From: Mycobacterium sp.
GTDB taxonomy: Bacteria; Actinomycetota; Actinomycetes; Mycobacteriales; Mycobacteriaceae
DNA: 64,000 nt
Assembly (NCBI GenBank): GCA_046330795.1
Contig: JAXLSA010000009.1
Strand: one strand, 5' to 3'
Positions 40,581 through 52,772 of this stretch are shown in pieces (the first letter of the stretch is position 1; each line of letters starts with the position of its first letter). The notes beneath the pieces were generated by a model. The model saw only the letters and a list, made by a program, of their open reading frames with translations. It ran no database searches and was not told the origin of the DNA. Both the position numbers and the translations under genes were made by a program.

Positions 40581-41326
40581 AACAGCTCCGCCTGCTCGGC
40601 GTCGGGATCGACCGCTTCGATGAGCTCGGGGCCGTTGTTGCGGACGCTGTTGACCAGGGTGGAGACCTCCCGGATCGCGATGCGGTCCAGATCGCCGTGC
40701 CCGCGCAGCAGGCCCTGGTCGACGGGCGCGTCCGGGTCCAGCCAGTGGTCCCAGTCGCCGACGCTGATGGTCAGCGGCATGCGGTCGTGGATCTCGGCGA
40801 GCGGGCCCACGGCCTCGGTGGTGATGATGGTGCAGCTCAGCAGGGGCGGTTGGCCCTCCGGCGCGTCGGGGGCGTGCCAGGTGGACCACAGCCCGGCCAT
40901 GAACAGCGGCTCACCGTCGACGGCGTGCATGTAGTACGGCGTCTTCGCCCCTTTGGAGCCGCGCCACTCGTACCAGCCGTCCATCGGCACCAGGCAGCGC
41001 TTGTGCTTGGCCGACGACCGGAACGCCGGCGATTCGGTCAGCTTCTCGGCGCGCGCGTTGATCAGCAGCGGGCCCTTGGTGCTCGGGGCACCGCTGGCGT
41101 CGGCCTTGACCCACGACGGCACCAGGCCCCAGCGCATGGAGCGCACCCGGCGCGTCGGCTCGTCCTCCGGTTCCTGATGGCGGCTGACGACGGTGCTGAC
41201 CGTGGTGGTGGGCGCCACGTTGAAGTTCGGCCCCGCTTCCTTGGCCGCCCCGGTCGCTTCATCGAGGGCCTTGATCTTCTCGGCCAGCAGGGCCGGATCT
41301 GTCGTCACCGCGAACCGTCCGCACAT
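40577..41326 (-). CDS. SOS response-associated peptidase SRAP/HMCES (Rv3226c)
   Basis: MCGRF N-terminus, NARAE, DGWYEW, HDRMP. Confidence 0.95.
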   Translation of the reverse strand: MCGRFAVTTDPALLAEKIKALDEATGAAKEAGPNFNVAPTTTVSTVVSRHQEPEDEPTRRVRSMRWGLVPSWVKADASGAPSTKGPLLINARAEKLTESPAFRSSAKHKRCLVPMDGWYEWRGSKGAKTPYYMHAVDGEPLFMAGLWSTWHAPDAPEGQPPLLSCTIITTEAVGPLAEIHDRMPLTISVGDWDHWLDPDAPVDQGLLRGHGDLDRIAIREVSTLVNSVRNNGPELIEAVDPDAEQAELF

Positions 41327-41368
41327 GCCTGCCATGGTTCCAGACGGGCAGGATGAAAGAATCCAGCC

Positions 41369-42661
41369 GTGGCAGCGCAACAGAACTGGCCGGCCCCTAC
41401 CGCCCCGGCACCCGTGCACGCCACGGTCGTCGTCCCCGGCTCCAAGTCGCTGACCAACCGCACGCTGGTCCTCTCGGCACTGGGCTCGAGTCCGTCGACC
41501 ATCAGCGGCGCCCTGCGCAGCCGCGACACCGACCTGATGATCGGCGCGCTGCAGACCCTGGGCCTGCGGATCGACGGCGACGGATCGGAGCTGGCGGTGG
41601 CCGGCGGGATCGCGCCGGCGCCCAACGCCCGGGTCGACTGCGGGCTGGCCGGCACCGTGTTGCGCTTCGTCCCGCCGCTGGCCGCGCTCGCCGGTCCCGG
41701 CGGCGGATGCACCGTCGAGTTCGACGGCGACGAGCAGGCCCGCGCGCGGCCCATCGCGCCGCTGCTGGACGCCCTGCGCACGCTCGGCGTCGACATCGTC
41801 GGCGACGCGATGCCGTTCCGGGTGCGCGGCACCGGGACGGTCAAGGGCGGCACGGTGGCCATCGACGCCTCGGCGTCGTCACAGTTCGTCTCGGGTCTGC
41901 TGCTCTCGGGCGCGGCATTCGACGACGGGGTGACCGTCGAGCACACCGGCACGTCGGTGCCCTCGGCCCCGCACATCGCGATGACGGTCGCGATGTTGCG
42001 CCAGGCCGGTGTCGAGGTCGACGACGCGACGCCCAACCGCTGGCGGGTGGCGCCGGGGCCCGTCGCGGCGCGGCACTGGATCGTCGAACCCGACCTGTCG
42101 AGCGCGTTCCCGTTCCTGGCGGCCGCGGTGGTGACCGGCGGCACCGTCCGGATGCCCGGTCTGCCGTCGCCGTCCCTGCAGCCGGTCGACACTGTGGTCG
42201 AGCTGCTGGGTCTGATGAACGCCACTGTGGCACAGACTGATTCCCATTTGGAGGTGTCCGGCGACCAGGCCGGCTACTCCGGTCTTGACGTGGACCTGCA
42301 CGAGGTCGGCGAGTTGACCCCGGCGGTGGCCGCGCTGGCGGCACTGGCCGCACCGGGCTCGGTGTCGACGCTGCGCGGGGTCGCGCATCTACGCGGGCAC
42401 GAGACCGACCGACTGGCCGCGCTGTGCACGGAGATCAACGGCCTGGGCGGGGACTGCCGCGAGACGGCCGACGGGTTGACGATCACCGCCGCGCCCCTGC
42501 ACTCCGGTACTTGGCACGCCTACGCCGATCACCGGATGGCGATGGCCGGCGCGATCGTCGGGTTGAGGGTGCCGGGTATCGAGATCGACGACATCGCAAC
42601 CACTTCCAAGACGCTGCCGGAGTTCCCGCAGTTGTGGACCGGCATGTTGGCCGGCGAGTAG
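41369..42661 (+). CDS. aroA: EPSP synthase
   Basis: [43 protein letters not shown]. Confidence 0.96.
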   Translation: MAAQQNWPAPTAPAPVHATVVVPGSKSLTNRTLVLSALGSSPSTISGALRSRDTDLMIGALQTLGLRIDGDGSELAVAGGIAPAPNARVDCGLAGTVLRFVPPLAALAGPGGGCTVEFDGDEQARARPIAPLLDALRTLGVDIVGDAMPFRVRGTGTVKGGTVAIDASASSQFVSGLLLSGAAFDDGVTVEHTGTSVPSAPHIAMTVAMLRQAGVEVDDATPNRWRVAPGPVAARHWIVEPDLSSAFPFLAAAVVTGGTVRMPGLPSPSLQPVDTVVELLGLMNATVAQTDSHLEVSGDQAGYSGLDVDLHEVGELTPAVAALAALAAPGSVSTLRGVAHLRGHETDRLAALCTEINGLGGDCRETADGLTITAAPLHSGTWHAYADHRMAMAGAIVGLRVPGIEIDDIATTSKTLPEFPQLWTGMLAGE

Positions 42662-42667
42662 ACCTTC

Positions 42668-43645
42668 ATGCCCCGCGCCTACGATGAGTCCGATGTCCGG
42701 ATCCGTCCGGGCAAGGGATCTCGTCCGCGCACCAAGACCCGGCCCGAGCACGCCGACGCCGAGTCGGCGATGGTGGTCACCGTGGACCGCGGCCGGTGGG
42801 GATGCGTGCTCGACGGCGACCCTGAGCGACCCGTCACGGCCATGCGGGCCCGCGAGCTCGGCCGGACCCCGATCGTCGTCGGTGACGACGTCGACGTGGT
42901 GGGCGACCTGTCGGGCCGGCCGGACACCCTGGCGCGCATCGTGCGGCGCGGCGAGCGGCGAACGGTGTTGCGCCGCACCGCCGATGACACCGACCCGACC
43001 GAGCGGGTGGTGGTGGCCAACGCCGACCAGCTGCTGATCGTGGTGGCGCTGGCCGACCCGCCGCCGCGCACCGGCTTCGTCGAGCGGTCACTGATCGCCG
43101 CCTATGCCGGCGGCCTGAAACCGATCCTGTGCCTGACGAAGACGGACCTGGCGCCGGCCGAACCGTTCGCCGCGCAGTTCGCCGACCTGGACCTGACGGT
43201 GCTCACCGCCGGGCGCGACGACGCGCTGGACGCGGTGTCACCGCTGTTGACCGACCGGCTGACGGTGTTCCTGGGCCATTCCGGGGTGGGCAAGTCGACG
43301 CTGGTGAATCGCCTTGTGCCGGAAGCGGATCGGGCCACCGGCGAGGTGTCGGGGGTCGGCAAGGGCAAGCACACGTCGACCCAGTCGGTGGCGTTGCCGT
43401 TGCGCGACGGCGGCTGGGTGATCGACACCCCGGGGGTGCGCTCGTTCGGGCTGGCGCACATCGAACCCGACGATGTGCTGCTGGCATTCTCGGATCTCGC
43501 CGAGGCGGTAAACAACTGCCCGCGCGGCTGCGGGCACATGGGTCCGCCCGCCGATCCGGAGTGTGCGCTCGACGAGCTTTCCGGCCCGGCGGCCGGGCGG
43601 GTGGCCGCGGCCCGTCGCCTGCTTGCCGTCCTGCGAGAGGGTTGA
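42668..43645 (+). CDS. rsgA: Ribosome small subunit-dependent GTPase RsgA
   Basis: TKTD, GHSGVGKST, DTPG, CPRGCGH...C. Confidence 0.95.
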   Translation: MPRAYDESDVRIRPGKGSRPRTKTRPEHADAESAMVVTVDRGRWGCVLDGDPERPVTAMRARELGRTPIVVGDDVDVVGDLSGRPDTLARIVRRGERRTVLRRTADDTDPTERVVVANADQLLIVVALADPPPRTGFVERSLIAAYAGGLKPILCLTKTDLAPAEPFAAQFADLDLTVLTAGRDDALDAVSPLLTDRLTVFLGHSGVGKSTLVNRLVPEADRATGEVSGVGKGKHTSTQSVALPLRDGGWVIDTPGVRSFGLAHIEPDDVLLAFSDLAEAVNNCPRGCGHMGPPADPECALDELSGPAAGRVAAARRLLAVLREG

Positions 43646-43656
43646 CCCCTAACGGG

Positions 43657-43666
43657 ATCTGTTCAG
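43657..43666. repeat. Half-site of the 61-bp repeat family
   Basis: ATCTGTTCAG between convergent rsgA and desA3; no partner arm seen. Confidence 0.45.
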
Positions 43667-43671
43667 AGGTC

Positions 43672-44946
43672 CTAGGCCGCCACGTCGTCCAGTGCAGCGC
43701 GGCTTCGCTTGTCGCGCCGCCACTTTCGCACTGCCGCGACGGCGGTGAGCAGCCCGCGCTTGTTGCCCGTCGCCGGATCCAGCTCGCCGAGGTCCACCTC
43801 GAGCGCGTCGAACATCCGCTCGCTGCGCGTCTCGGGAGCGTCGTCCACGGTGTCGCGCAGATACTTGTTCGGCAGCGACAGCTTGGCGATGGTGCGCCAG
43901 GTCTTGGCGTACTGCACCAGGAACGGTCCCGTCGTGTACGGCAGGTCGTACTTCTCGCACAACGCCCGCACCTTGAACGAGATGTCGTAGAGCCGGTTGC
44001 TCGGGATGTCCGGGTAGATGTGGTGCTCGATCTGGTGGCACAGATTGCCGCTCATGAACCGCAGCACCGGACCGTTCTCGAAGTTGGCGCTGCCCAGCAT
44101 CTGCCGCAGGTACCACTCGCCCTTGGTCTCACCGATCATGTCGGTCTTGGTGAACTTGTCCGCACCGTCTGGGAAGTGGCCGCAGAAGATCACGGCGTTG
44201 GTCCAGAAGTTGCGGATGACGTTCGCCAGGACGTTGGCCTTGGCCGTCGACCCGTAGGTGGCCCACGGCGACGCCGAGGTCAGTGCCGGCCACGCGACGT
44301 AGTCCTTGAACACCTGCCGACCGGCCTTCTCACCGAACTCGCGAATGCGCACGAGGGTGGCCTCGCGGTCGTCGCGGCCCTTGAAGATCTTGCCGATCTC
44401 GAGGTGCTGCAGACCCACGCCCCACTCGAACAGCGATGCCAGCATCGTGTTGAAGAGCACGTTGAACAGGTTGAACGGCTTCCAGCGCTGATCGCGGGTG
44501 ACGCGCAGCATGCCGTAGCCCACGTCGTCGTCCATCCCGAGGATGTTCGTGTACTTGTGGTGCATGAAGTTGTGGGTGAAACGCCAGTGCTTGGAGGCGC
44601 CGGCGATGTCCCACTCCCAGCTCGACGAGTGGATCTCCGGATCGTTCATCCAGTCCCACTGGCCGTGCATGACGTTGTGGCCGATCTCCATGTTCTCGAT
44701 GATCTTGGCCACGCCCAGCGTGGTGGCACCGGCCCACCAGAAGGCCCGTTTGGAACTACCGGCCAGCATCAGCCGGCCAGCGATCTCGAGGGACCGTTGG
44801 AAGGCGATGGTGCGGCGGATGTAGCGCGCATCCTTCTCGCCGAGGGATTCCTCGATGTCGGTGCGGATGGCGTCGAGTTCGATCGCCAGGGCTTCAATGT
44901 CGGCGTCGGTCAGATGAGCGAACGCCGGAACGTCGGTAATCGCCAT
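43672..44946 (-). CDS. desA3: Stearoyl-CoA 9-desaturase DesA3 (Rv3229c)
   Basis: GHNVMH, HNFMHH, QIEHH histidine boxes; MAITDVPAFAHL start. Confidence 0.95.
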   Translation of the reverse strand: MAITDVPAFAHLTDADIEALAIELDAIRTDIEESLGEKDARYIRRTIAFQRSLEIAGRLMLAGSSKRAFWWAGATTLGVAKIIENMEIGHNVMHGQWDWMNDPEIHSSSWEWDIAGASKHWRFTHNFMHHKYTNILGMDDDVGYGMLRVTRDQRWKPFNLFNVLFNTMLASLFEWGVGLQHLEIGKIFKGRDDREATLVRIREFGEKAGRQVFKDYVAWPALTSASPWATYGSTAKANVLANVIRNFWTNAVIFCGHFPDGADKFTKTDMIGETKGEWYLRQMLGSANFENGPVLRFMSGNLCHQIEHHIYPDIPSNRLYDISFKVRALCEKYDLPYTTGPFLVQYAKTWRTIAKLSLPNKYLRDTVDDAPETRSERMFDALEVDLGELDPATGNKRGLLTAVAAVRKWRRDKRSRAALDDVAA

Positions 44947-44973
44947 GCTGCTCCTTCCGCGGTTGTCTACGAG

Positions 44974-45006
44974 TACGTTACCGTAACCTACGCCATCGTA
45001 GGTTAC
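44974..45006. promoter_or_regulatory. Tandem TACG-N4-CGTA sites upstream of desA3
   Basis: 44974-44985 and 44989-45000; includes inverted repeat GTAACCTACG-CCAT-CGTAGGTTAC. Confidence 0.6.
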
Positions 45007-45019
45007 TAGTAAGTAAATG

Positions 45020-46156
45020 CTAAAGGTCGAGCACACAATCTCCCGACGCCGCCGAGATACAGGTCTGAACCCGTGTCCCGGGGCCGTGCTCGACACCGTT
45101 GCGCAGGTCACGAGCGTAACCGTCGATAACGCCCGCCACACAGGATTGGCAAATACCCATCCGACAGCCGAAGGGCATTTGAACACCCGCTGACTCGCCG
45201 GCGTCCATCAGCGACGTCGCGCCGTCTGCCTGCACGGTCTTACCGCTGCGCTCGAACGTCACCGCACCCCCGGCACCGTGGGCCGCCGCACGGCTGGCAG
45301 CAAACCTCTCGAGGTGCAGGTTGGCGGCAATTCCGGCGTCGGTCCAGACGTGTTCGGCATCGGCCAACATGCCCTCGGGGCCGCAGGCCCAGGTCTGCCG
45401 CTCCCGCCAGTCGGGCACCACCGACCCCAGGTCGGCCAGGTCGAGGCGGCCCTCGGTGCGGGTGGACCGCAGCCGCAGCCGGTAGCCCGGATGCGCGGCC
45501 GCCAGCTCGGCCAACTCGGCGCCGAACAGCGCGTCGGCCTCGGTGGGCGCCGAATGCACGTGCTCGACGTCGGTGATCTGATCGTGGCGGGCCAGGGTCC
45601 GCAGCATCGACATCACCGGGGTCACACCGGAACCGGCGGTCAGGAACAGAACCTTGGCCGGCGCGGGGTCGGGCATGACGAAATTGCCCTGCGGCGCGGC
45701 CAGCCGAACGATGGTGCCGGCCGGAACGCCGCCGACCAGGTGCGTGGACAGGAACCCCTCGGGCATGGCCTTGACCGTGATGGTGATGGTGTGGTCCTTG
45801 GTCACCGGCGTGGACGTCAGCGAGTAGGAGCGCCACCGCCAGCGGCCGTCCACCAGCACACCGATCCCGACGTACTGGCCCGGCTGGTAGTCGAAGCTGA
45901 ATCCCCAGCCCGGCTTGATCACCAGGGTGGCCGAATCCTCGGTCTCGCGCCGGACCTCGACCACCCGGCCGCGCAGTTCGCGCGCCGACCACAACGGGTT
46001 GACCAACCGCAGGTAATCGTCCGGTAGCAACGGTGTGGTGATGCGTCCGGCCAGGCGGCGCAGGGTGTGCAGGCCGGGCCGGCGGTCCGCGCCGGCGATG
46101 GTCGGCCGGACGGTGTCGGCGACCCGCGCACTGATCTTGATGTGGTTCTTCGCCAC
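45020..46156 (-). CDS. NADPH:desaturase oxidoreductase (FAD + 2Fe-2S), Rv3230c
   Basis: [23 protein letters not shown]...C; alternative ATG 46171. Confidence 0.93.
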   Translation of the reverse strand: MAKNHIKISARVADTVRPTIAGADRRPGLHTLRRLAGRITTPLLPDDYLRLVNPLWSARELRGRVVEVRRETEDSATLVIKPGWGFSFDYQPGQYVGIGVLVDGRWRWRSYSLTSTPVTKDHTITITVKAMPEGFLSTHLVGGVPAGTIVRLAAPQGNFVMPDPAPAKVLFLTAGSGVTPVMSMLRTLARHDQITDVEHVHSAPTEADALFGAELAELAAAHPGYRLRLRSTRTEGRLDLADLGSVVPDWRERQTWACGPEGMLADAEHVWTDAGIAANLHLERFAASRAAAHGAGGAVTFERSGKTVQADGATSLMDAGESAGVQMPFGCRMGICQSCVAGVIDGYARDLRNGVEHGPGTRVQTCISAASGDCVLDL

Positions 46157-46202
46157 GATGCTCCCGCTCATCGGTCGTGTGGTTCGTGCCCCGCGCCGAA
46201 CC

Positions 46203-46221
46203 TACGCAACCGTAACCTACG
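46203..46221. promoter_or_regulatory. TACG-N4-CGTA site plus half-site upstream of the oxidoreductase
   Basis: TACGCAACCGTA; 13-mer ACCGTAACCTACG identical to 44980-44992. Confidence 0.6.
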
Positions 46222-46236
46222 TCGCCAAATCGTGCC

Positions 46237-46767
46237 TCACAGCAAATCGAGCAAAAACGGGAGTTCCTGGGTGGCGTACCACGCCAGATCGTGGTCCTGG
46301 GCGTCCCCGACGGCCAGTTCGGCGTCCTCGTCACCCAGGTCGGCCTCGTCGATGACGGCGATGGCGGTGCGTACGTCGGCTTCGGCCGCAGCAATGTCGA
46401 CGTAGACGGCCAGCAGGTCGTCGACGGCCACGGGCGCCGACAGCCGCACCACCGCGTCGTCGAGGTCCGGGCGCTGCTTGACGGCGTCGGCGGCCACGTC
46501 GGCGACCAGCACCGCGCGCCGGGGCGGCAACGCGGGATCCTCGTGATCGACCGCCAGCAGCCGCAACGAACCCAGCGCGGCCTCGCGCAGCGCCACCTCG
46601 GCCAGTTCGTCGTCGTCGCCCTCGGCGTAGGACTCGCGCAGGGCCGGGGTGACGGCGAACGCGGTGCCGCTGACGGGGAACAGCTGACCGTCGGCGACCA
46701 GCCGCTGCAGCATCGCCAGCGTCGCCGGCACGTACACCCGCACCGGACTGGCCCCGGACTCAGCCAT
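46237..46767 (-). CDS. DUF6912 family protein (Rv3231c-like)
   Basis: VYVPATLAML, WYATQEL; alternative GTG start at 46743. Confidence 0.82.
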   Translation of the reverse strand: MAESGASPVRVYVPATLAMLQRLVADGQLFPVSGTAFAVTPALRESYAEGDDDELAEVALREAALGSLRLLAVDHEDPALPPRRAVLVADVAADAVKQRPDLDDAVVRLSAPVAVDDLLAVYVDIAAAEADVRTAIAVIDEADLGDEDAELAVGDAQDHDLAWYATQELPFLLDLL

Positions 46768-47584
46768 TGTCACCGAGCAGGCTGACCACGTGGTCGGGCA
46801 CGTACGTCGACAGTTCCCGCGACGGCCGCTCGTAGTGCCCGGACTTGGCGACCCTGCTGGGCAGTTCGACCTTGGGCCGGTCCACGTCGTGGTAGTCGAT
46901 GGTGGACAGCAGATGGTTCATCATGTTCAGCCGCGCATGCTTCTTGCTATCGGATTCCACGACGTACCAAGGACTCTCGGGGAGATCGGTGTGCACCATC
47001 ATCTCGTCCTTGGCCCGCGAGTAGTCCTCCCAGCGGAACACCGACTCGAGGTCCATCGGCGAGAGCTTCCACTGCCGGACCGGATCGGAGAGCCGCTTGC
47101 GGAATCGGCGCAACTGCTCCTCCTCCGACACCGAGAACCAGTACTTGCGCAGCAGGATGCCGTCGTCGATGAGCATCCGCTCGAACAGCGGGGTCTGCCG
47201 CAGGAACAGCGAATGCTGTTGCGGGGTACAGAATCCCATGACCTTCTCGACGCCGGCCCGGTTGTACCAGGACCGGTCGAACAGCACGATCTCGCCGCGG
47301 GTGGGCAGGTGCGCGACGTAGCGCTGGTAGTACCACTCCCCCGTCTCGCGCTCGGTGGGCGCCGGCAGCGCGGCGATGCGGCTGACCCGGGGGCTGAGAT
47401 ACTCGGTGATTCGCTTGATGGTGCCGCCCTTGCCTGCGGCGTCGCGGCCCTCGAAGATCACCACGATGCGCGCACCGCTGTGCTTGACCCATTCCTGCAA
47501 CCGGACGAATTCGGTTTGCAGGCGGAACAACTCGGCCTCGTAGACCTCGTTCGACAGTTTCCTGGCAGGCGGCTTCTTGCTCAT
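46760..47584 (-). CDS. ppk2: Polyphosphate kinase 2
   Basis: FEGRDAAGKGG, FDRSWYNRAGVE, WKLSPMD. Confidence 0.96.
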   Translation of the reverse strand: MSKKPPARKLSNEVYEAELFRLQTEFVRLQEWVKHSGARIVVIFEGRDAAGKGGTIKRITEYLSPRVSRIAALPAPTERETGEWYYQRYVAHLPTRGEIVLFDRSWYNRAGVEKVMGFCTPQQHSLFLRQTPLFERMLIDDGILLRKYWFSVSEEEQLRRFRKRLSDPVRQWKLSPMDLESVFRWEDYSRAKDEMMVHTDLPESPWYVVESDSKKHARLNMMNHLLSTIDYHDVDRPKVELPSRVAKSGHYERPSRELSTYVPDHVVSLLGDNG

Positions 47585-47609
47585 CGCCGCATCGTAGACC
47601 GTCGGTGGG

Positions 47610-49022
47610 CTACTTTGCTGCTTCGAGCAGTTCGTCGAGCGATTCCCGCAGCAGCGACGGCAGTACCTCGACGTCGCTCATCGCCTCCCGGTCGGCGTTG
47701 ATGCCGAAGTAGAGCATCCCGCAGTAGGACGTCACGCCGATCGCGAGTACCTGGTTGGCCAGCAGTGGCGGCACCGAGTAGGTCTCGAGCAGCTTGGTGC
47801 CGGCGATGTACATCTGGGCCTGCGGGCCGGGCACGTTGGTCACGAGGACGTTGAACAGCCGGGCCGAGAAGCTGGTGGCCACCCGAATTCCCATGGCGTG
47901 CAAGGTCGGTGGGGCAAAGCCGGACAGGGTGACGATGCTGCGCGCGTCGACCAGGCTGGCGGCCGTCGAGTGCGATTCGGTGGCGTGCGCGATCTGCGAG
48001 AGCCGCACGACGGCGTTGCCCTCGCCGATCGGCAGGTCGACCAGGAAGGGCGCCACCTCGCTGATCGGTTGGCCCGGCCCGGTCTGCAGATCCAGGCCGA
48101 GGTCGCGGTACACCGACATCGGGGCCATGGCGCGCACCGTCGCCGTCGGCGTCACCGGCTCGCCGCGGGAGAGCAGCCAGTTGCGCAGCGCGCCGGCGAT
48201 GACGCACAGCACGACGTCGTTGATGTCGCAGTCGTAGCGCGACCGCAGCCGCCGGTAGTCCTCCAGGTCGGCCGAGGCGACGGTGAAGCGCCGGTTCCGC
48301 GACACGGTGGTGTTCAGCGGGCTGCTGGGGGCGTTGCCGCGGGCCACCGTGCGCGCCACGTCGGCGAACCGCCGGCCGGCCTCGACGAACTGTTCGGAAC
48401 TGGTCAGCACGCCCGCGATGGCAGATCCCACCGCCGCGAGCTGCTGGCGCGGGCCGGCCACCCAGTCGCCGACGGCCCCCGCAAGCAGGGCGGCGGTGCC
48501 GGGCTCGCGGCCGGGGATCCAGATGTCCTCGCCGAACACCGGCTGGCGCTGGGTCCGGTCGGCGATGACGTGGCCGAGCTCGACCGCCGTCATCCCGTTG
48601 ACGAGCGCCTGGTGCGACTTGGTGTAGATGGCCACGCGGTTCTTCGACAGTCCTTCGACCAGGTACATCTCCCACAGCGGCCGGGACTTGTCCAGGGGTC
48701 GCGAGCCGAGCCGGGCCACCAGCTCGTGCAGCTGGGCGTCACTGCCCGGACTGGGCAGCGCCGAGCGGCGGATGTGGTAGGTGATGTCGAAGTCGCGGTC
48801 GTCGATCCACACCGGCCGGGCCAGCCCCATGGTGACCTCGCGGACCTTCTGGCGGTAGCGCGGCACCTGCGGCAGCCGGTGTTCGACGGTTTCGAGCAGC
48901 GTGTCGTAGCTCAGGCCGCCGCGGGGTTTGCGCAGGATCAACAGCGACCCGACGTACATCGGGGTGGCGGTGTTCTCGCGGAAGTAGAACGACGAGTCCG
49001 ATGCTGACAGACGAGTCACCAT
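47610..49022 (-). CDS. WS/DGAT family acyltransferase (intact Rv3234c+Rv3233c equivalent)
   Basis: LDKSRPLWEMYLVEGL, SHQALVNG (variant motif), TNVPGPQ. Confidence 0.9.
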   Translation of the reverse strand: MVTRLSASDSSFYFRENTATPMYVGSLLILRKPRGGLSYDTLLETVEHRLPQVPRYRQKVREVTMGLARPVWIDDRDFDITYHIRRSALPSPGSDAQLHELVARLGSRPLDKSRPLWEMYLVEGLSKNRVAIYTKSHQALVNGMTAVELGHVIADRTQRQPVFGEDIWIPGREPGTAALLAGAVGDWVAGPRQQLAAVGSAIAGVLTSSEQFVEAGRRFADVARTVARGNAPSSPLNTTVSRNRRFTVASADLEDYRRLRSRYDCDINDVVLCVIAGALRNWLLSRGEPVTPTATVRAMAPMSVYRDLGLDLQTGPGQPISEVAPFLVDLPIGEGNAVVRLSQIAHATESHSTAASLVDARSIVTLSGFAPPTLHAMGIRVATSFSARLFNVLVTNVPGPQAQMYIAGTKLLETYSVPPLLANQVLAIGVTSYCGMLYFGINADREAMSDVEVLPSLLRESLDELLEAAK

Positions 49023-49089
49023 CGCTGCGTCGCCCTCCCTTTCAAAATCCGGTGCTATCTGTCAAAACCATACCGACCCTCCCCCACCC

Positions 49090-49150
49090 ATCTGTTCAGC
49101 CACCCGTGCGAGCCCCACTCGCACAACGCCGCAGCCAGCACTGAACAGAT
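49090..49150. repeat. 61-bp REP/MITE-like element, copy 3
   Basis: ATCTGTTCAG...CTGAACAGAT; CGCAGCCAGCACTGAACAGAT shared with copy 1. Confidence 0.8.
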
Positions 49151-49158
49151 GCCGGGGG

Positions 49159-49575
49159 TCAGCCGATGTGCAACGCCACGATCCGCCAGCCCGCGGCCGT
49201 CGGCTCCACGCGGCACGCCAGCGCGCGCGTGCGCACCCCACGCGTGTACGTGGCGGCGACCTCGAACGCCGTCTCGGCGGCATCGACCGGTTGCAGACGC
49301 ATCCGCCGCAGCTGTGCGCTGTGTCCGGGCGCCCGGCGGGCGGCCCCGGCCACCGAATCGATCAGCCCGGGCGTCAGCAGCAGCCGCAGTTGTTCGGGTT
49401 TCCGCCGGCGGTCGATCACCTCGAGGATCACCCGCAGCGCCGCGTCGGCGAACATGGCCGCGCTGCGCAATCGGTCCGACGGGCCGGGCTCCTGCACCGC
49501 GACCAGGTGCCGCCGCCGGACGGGGGCCGCGGGCAGGTCGAGGGGTTCGTAGTCGGCGATGGGTGAAACGGTCAC
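49159..49575 (-). CDS. Rv3235 family protein
   Basis: DYEP, FADAALR.ILEVIDRRR, ALACRVE, W...ALHIG; GGAGG RBS. Confidence 0.85.
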   Translation of the reverse strand: MTVSPIADYEPLDLPAAPVRRRHLVAVQEPGPSDRLRSAAMFADAALRVILEVIDRRRKPEQLRLLLTPGLIDSVAGAARRAPGHSAQLRRMRLQPVDAAETAFEVAATYTRGVRTRALACRVEPTAAGWRIVALHIG

Positions 49576-49704
49576 AATGCGGCCCTCCGGCGGAACGACA
49601 GATCGGCGCCTGCCGGAGAGGAGCAGGTGGGACCCCGCGATGATGGCACACCGAGGCCGGTTCAGGTGTGCACGGCGATCCCGGCCATCTGATGCCGGAA
49701 GGGG

Positions 49705-52518
<2,814 letters not shown>

Positions 52519-52772
52519 AGAGAATCCCCTAGAGCGGTTGGAGCGTGGTTTCGCGACCCATCGTAGGTGACGCGGTGTTATGCCCCGGTCAGGTCGGTCG
52601 TGCCGAGGTGGCCGGATTTGCCCCTGACGGCTTGCCCGGCGGCTGCGGGGCGGCCCGCGCCGCGGAACCGGTCGGGGCGTGAGGGGCCACTTTGTGTCCC
52701 TGGGGACGCCCAAAAGTCACCCAAGTGGCTCCTCACCGAGGCCGCGACCGGACGCTCGTCAGCGGTGATCGC

